This document shows, in pieces, positions 60,112 through 64,000 of a stretch of 64,000 bases of DNA. The first letter of the stretch is position 1. Every line of letters begins with the position of its first letter. The translations under genes and the position numbers were made by a program. The notes beneath the pieces were generated by a model that was not told the origin of the DNA, ran no database searches, and saw only the letters and a program-made list of their open reading frames with translations. This stretch comes from Rubripirellula sp. (lineage in GTDB: Bacteria; Planctomycetota; Planctomycetia; Pirellulales; Pirellulaceae), in contig OZ244207.1 of NCBI GenBank assembly GCA_965216875.1, positions 2,432,001-2,496,000 on the forward strand. The letters are read 5' to 3'.

Positions 60112-60591
60112 ATGACTCGGTTTAGATTCTCCATTCGCGCTTTGCTCGCGTTGACCCTCGTGGTTGCCGTCGCGGTTTTCCTTTGGCCACGACCAGATCC
60201 AAACGCGCCAGATCCCGTATGGAGAGAAACGGTGCTTGGCAACTCGGAGCCACTCTGGAACATTCCTGACGTTTCGCTGCCTTCGCAGGGAAATGGCCCG
60301 ATCAATGTGACTGCGACGAACGTTGGGCGCACGACGCTTACGTACCGCGGCGAGAGTCAATCTCGCATCCTGCTCTTCCAAGAAGTTCGTGGCGATTCAG
60401 GCTGGCAACAGGACGCATGGTCCGGCGAGGGACCGTGCGAAGAGTCCTACGAGATCGCGCCGGGGGAATCCGTCAAGTTAGAGATCGAGTTCTTTGACGA
60501 TGCCGATGGCCTTCGGATGCTCGGCAAGTTCGCTGAAAAGGGCACCAAACGGTCGGGGCTGGTTGTGTTGGCAACCAGCCGCTCTCGCTAA
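60112..60591 (+). CDS. Hypothetical membrane-anchored protein
   Basis: RFRFSIRALLALTLVVAV N-terminus (planctomycete-type), followed by an Ig-like beta domain. Confidence 0.75.
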   Translation: MTRFRFSIRALLALTLVVAVAVFLWPRPDPNAPDPVWRETVLGNSEPLWNIPDVSLPSQGNGPINVTATNVGRTTLTYRGESQSRILLFQEVRGDSGWQQDAWSGEGPCEESYEIAPGESVKLEIEFFDDADGLRMLGKFAEKGTKRSGLVVLATSRSR

Positions 60592-60612
60592 GAGGTTCGC
60601 ACTTGCAACTTG

Positions 60613-61003
60613 CTTGGCGACGCTCGCCAGAGCAACCTATCGCGCCCAGGTCGCGACGGTTTCAATGTCGCCTTTCGCTCCGCGAAAGTAGCGTTGAAAA
60701 ACGAGAGTTTTCGGAGCAATAGGCGACGATGTGGGCAAAGAATGCGCGAGGATGGACAACGAAACCTAAGGGACTCGTAGCCTCGTCCACTACGAAGTCG
60801 GATCCCAAAACCACTGGTCGCGGATTCATCGCCCCACTCGATCACGAGCAAGTCGTTGGGTGTGTGCTTGCACGCACCAAATCCACTTCGGTCCTCTCGA
60901 CTCAGCATCGCGGTATTCGATCATGCGTACGAGTACCGGTCTGCGTCCTGAGCAAGAATCGGAGGTCGGGTTTCAGGATGGTGCGTGCAAGCACACACCC
61001 TAC
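60613..61003. repeat. Mosaic REP cassette: C-like (about 60613-60632), I pair (60667-60727), D (60770-60793), A pair (60855-60878, 60980-61003)
   Basis: Matches to the families elsewhere in the window; family I is GTCGCCTTTCGCTCCGCGAAAG..TTTCGGAGCAATAGGCGAC. Confidence 0.85.
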
Positions 61004-61138
<135 letters not shown>

Positions 61139-61250
61139 CAGGAAGCAATCATACCTCCCTCCGCGAAACTCGCTTTCCTGATGGCGAATCGGGTAAGATG
61201 TTTTGGTGAGTATGACTGCACACTCCCGCTACTCGAATGAGACCAATGAC

Positions 61251-61835
61251 ATGCGCATCAGCCCCGTCTCAAGCAGCTTTCTCTTTGCTTCGATCACCGC
61301 GTTGCTTCCGGCGATTGCCTTTGCGGATACGCCAGTTGATGATCCGTCGTCGCGACTGATCGTGACGGTACGTGAATACAGGACCGACGTTCCGCCCTCA
61401 CCCGGCACCTCGTCCGCCGAAGTCGCCAGACGATTTCTCGAGGGGGAGAGCGAACCGGTACGAACGATCAGGATGCCAACCATTGACAATTGCGAAGCTC
61501 ATTTCAGCAATGGCGAACGCATTTACCTGCCCCAGCTCACTTCTTCTGGCAAGGCAGATCGCGGCGAGGTACGTCCGGTCGCGGTAGGCACGATCTTTCA
61601 GGTAACGGCCAAACGCACCTCCAAGACGGTCTTGATGCAGTTCAACTACACAACGTCGAGCCTGGTTAACGAAAACGCCGCTGACTCAATCCCACGTGTG
61701 AAAGAAACGACGGTGCAAGGGACCTACTCGTTTCAACTGGGAGAACCGGTGCTGATTGGCGGCCTGACCGAAAGCAACGGAATCTATCTGATTGCAACCG
61801 TCACCGTTCCGCAAGAGCGACAGACGAAAAACTGA
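61251..61835 (+). CDS. Secreted protein with a minimal secretin-like domain
   Basis: Signal peptide (AFA); TIDNCEAHFSNGERI, VGTIFQVTA and TTVQG..GEPVLIGGL resemble secretin core motifs. Confidence 0.6.
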   Translation: MRISPVSSSFLFASITALLPAIAFADTPVDDPSSRLIVTVREYRTDVPPSPGTSSAEVARRFLEGESEPVRTIRMPTIDNCEAHFSNGERIYLPQLTSSGKADRGEVRPVAVGTIFQVTAKRTSKTVLMQFNYTTSSLVNENAADSIPRVKETTVQGTYSFQLGEPVLIGGLTESNGIYLIATVTVPQERQTKN

Positions 61836-61991
61836 GCCGACACGACCGTTGGACACAGCATCTGTTGCAGCTGGGACTCAGCAAATTTGACTGAACCAAG
61901 CAGAATCCGTCGCAAATTAGATCGATGCCCCAAAGCCGTTTCCTGCTATTCAGAATCAACCGACGCGCTACCTGACCTTCTTAGAGGCCGA

Positions 61992-63443
61992 CTAGTCGGG
62001 TTGGACGAGGGCAAATTCGTCTTCGTAGTGGCTGAGGACGTTTTTCATCCAGCGATTGTTGCTGAGCCAGCGTGGGGTATGTTTGAAGCCGGCTTCCCAT
62101 TCAGCAAGCTTACGCATGAGCTCACTTGCTTTCTCTGGTTTAGCGTTAGCGAGGTTGCGCTGCTCGCTTATGTCGGTTGCGAGGTTATAGAGCTGGGGCG
62201 TCAAATGTGGCGTTCGCACAAGTTTCCAATCTCCCGATCGAATCGCTGCACCGCGATGCGTGATTCGCCAGTAAAGCTGGCGGTGAGGAGGCTCATCCCC
62301 CTGCTGACCACGAATGTGGGGAAGTAGATCGACTCCGTCATAGATTTTCCCGTCGATTTTGCCGTTACGCAGCGACCACGGTTTCCCTGCGGCACTCAAA
62401 AAGGTCGGCAAAAGGTCCAGCGAGATAAACGGCTGTTCGTAGGTTATTCCGGCGGGCAGATTTCCATCAGGCCAACAGAAAACGAACGGCACTCGCATCC
62501 CTCCATCGAGAAACATCGACTTGCGACCGCGGAGCGGTGCATTGATTGATTGCTCGACTCCCTTGGTGACTCCGCCGTTGTCGCTGAAGAAAACGATCAG
62601 CGTGTTCTCAAAACGGCCGCTGTCCTTGAGGTGGTTAATGAGCTGCCCGATATTCTCGTCCAAGCAATGCTGCATCGCGCACAGGGTGCGCCGTGACTTG
62701 CTCTCGATGTGCTGAAACCGAGCCAGGTCATCCTCCTTGGCCTGCAAGGGAGTGTGGGGCGTGTCGTGTGCCAAATACAGAAAGAAAGGCATTTCTCGCG
62801 GCGTGCGTTTGACGAAATCGATGGCCTCTGACGTGTACCAGTCAGTCGTGTAGGGGACATCAATGCTGGTGACCGGCTCCCTCTGGCGATAAATCGCCTT
62901 GTCGCTGACCTTGGGGAAATAGCCATGCCCTTTGAAGCGGCCAAAGTAGTAGTCAAACCCACGGGAATTGGGATGCATCGATTCGCTGCTACCGAGGTGC
63001 CATTTACCAATGCACGCTGTTCGATAGCCAAGCCCCTTCAAACGATCTGCCATCGTGACCTCGTCGACCGGAAGTCCAATCTGTTCGCGGTCGTAGTAGT
63101 CGGCGGCACCCACGATATTGTGTTCAAACCCAAACCGGTTCTGATACCGCCCTGTCATCAATCCAGCACGTGAGGGTGCACAGACAACGCCGCTAACGTA
63201 TCCGTTGGTGCACCTGATTCCCTGCTTGGCGAGTGCGTCGATGTTGGGCGTTGCGATCTGTTTCGAACCATAGCAACTCAGATCGCCATAACCCATGTCG
63301 TCGGCAAGAATCACGATGATGTTCGGCTGAGCAGCGCCGAGCAAAACGGCATGTCCCAAACTCACCAGCACTGCGACTAACAACGCGAGCCGATATTGGG
63401 TCGTGATCTTGATAGCCGAACGCGTCTTCACTGCAGCTGTCAT
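61992..63443 (-). CDS. Formylglycine-dependent sulfatase (arylsulfatase-like)
   Basis: PNIIVILADDMGYGD, CAPSRAGLMTGR, GKWHLG, SDNGG, GGMRVP. Start uncertain. Confidence 0.95.
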   Translation of the reverse strand: MTAAVKTRSAIKITTQYRLALLVAVLVSLGHAVLLGAAQPNIIVILADDMGYGDLSCYGSKQIATPNIDALAKQGIRCTNGYVSGVVCAPSRAGLMTGRYQNRFGFEHNIVGAADYYDREQIGLPVDEVTMADRLKGLGYRTACIGKWHLGSSESMHPNSRGFDYYFGRFKGHGYFPKVSDKAIYRQREPVTSIDVPYTTDWYTSEAIDFVKRTPREMPFFLYLAHDTPHTPLQAKEDDLARFQHIESKSRRTLCAMQHCLDENIGQLINHLKDSGRFENTLIVFFSDNGGVTKGVEQSINAPLRGRKSMFLDGGMRVPFVFCWPDGNLPAGITYEQPFISLDLLPTFLSAAGKPWSLRNGKIDGKIYDGVDLLPHIRGQQGDEPPHRQLYWRITHRGAAIRSGDWKLVRTPHLTPQLYNLATDISEQRNLANAKPEKASELMRKLAEWEAGFKHTPRWLSNNRWMKNVLSHYEDEFALVQPD

Positions 63444-63622
63444 GTTCACGGGAGTTGTCATGATTCGAGGGGCATTCACAATCTGAAGTCTCATCACGGG
63501 CGCAAGTCGGAAGGTTCCTCAGCCCGTTAGTGCGTTTCGCCCACCGATTGGACATCGATTCTTCGACAAAACAGGCAAATGCCCTCCCGACCCAAGGACA
63601 CACCACAATTGCCAGCGACGAA

Positions 63623-64000
63623 CTAGCGGTCCACACGCTTGTACGGTGCGTACCCGTAGTACTTCGGACGTGAATCGAGTCGCACATGCAACCACGCGAC
63701 TCCGCCGCCAGCGGTGTTGAGCCAAAGGGTGCGTTCACCAATGCTGGCCAGAACCGTTTCGGCAATCACTCGCCAAAAGGCTTGATGCTGCTCCTCGGGC
63801 GCCTGCCGAATGAAACTGGCGAGATGGCCGTAGGCGTCCTGGTCGGTTCGTGGTGAGGGGACGATCAGCGTGGCGTCGCCACTGAGGTTTTTGAACGAAA
63901 CCAGGCCAGCGTTGGAATCGTCCTTGCTGAAGTACTTTCGATAAGTCTTCGTGTCGGTCTTTCGTGAACAGAACCAACCGCTTTCGAGCAGCACGAATTC
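63623..64000 (-). CDS. DUF6940-like hypothetical protein, 5'-truncated by window edge
   Basis: FKNLSGDATLIVP, YGHLASFIR, WLNTAGGGVAWLHVRLDSRPKYY. Confidence 0.75.
   Translation of the reverse strand, partial: EFVLLESGWFCSRKTDTKTYRKYFSKDDSNAGLVSFKNLSGDATLIVPSPRTDQDAYGHLASFIRQAPEEQHQAFWRVIAETVLASIGERTLWLNTAGGGVAWLHVRLDSRPKYYGYAPYKRVDR

Overview
Chromosomal window of a Planctomycete, probably Pirellulaceae. The assignment is inferred from a DUF1559 gene, a PVC-type heme-binding protein, DUF1573, sulfatases, a Zn-finger Ser/Thr kinase and an Lgt with a PDZ-like insert. Housekeeping genes are hemC (partial), lgt, glmM, a phosphomannomutase/phosphoglucomutase, maf and tRNA-Met. There is a fliC-fliD-fliS cluster, an RND efflux pair, an ABC exporter cluster, an SLC13 permease, a symporter-SBP fusion, carbohydrate/sulfate genes and many secreted hypotheticals. 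I saw no integrase, transposase, phage gene or CRISPR array. The most notable observations are: (1) a 1173-aa receptor Ser/Thr kinase with a chemoreceptor-type sensor domain, fused in frame via an internal signal-peptide-like segment to a domain of eight P-x-D/E-V-F/Y helical repeats, possibly a cleavable receptor/co-receptor polyprotein; (2) about nine distinct REP-like palindrome families, several GTAG-footed, concatenated into mosaic cassettes, with microsatellites starting exactly at REP feet; (3) a small Rmf/CrpP-fold plus Zn-ribbon protein; (4) an AztD-like His-rich propeller with a Zur-like operator, and a Fur-like box before the DUF1559/lipoprotein pair; (5) a signal-less PLC/P1-nuclease-fold plus HhH fusion. 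All family calls come from motif recognition by eye. No searches were run, and several start codons are my choice.
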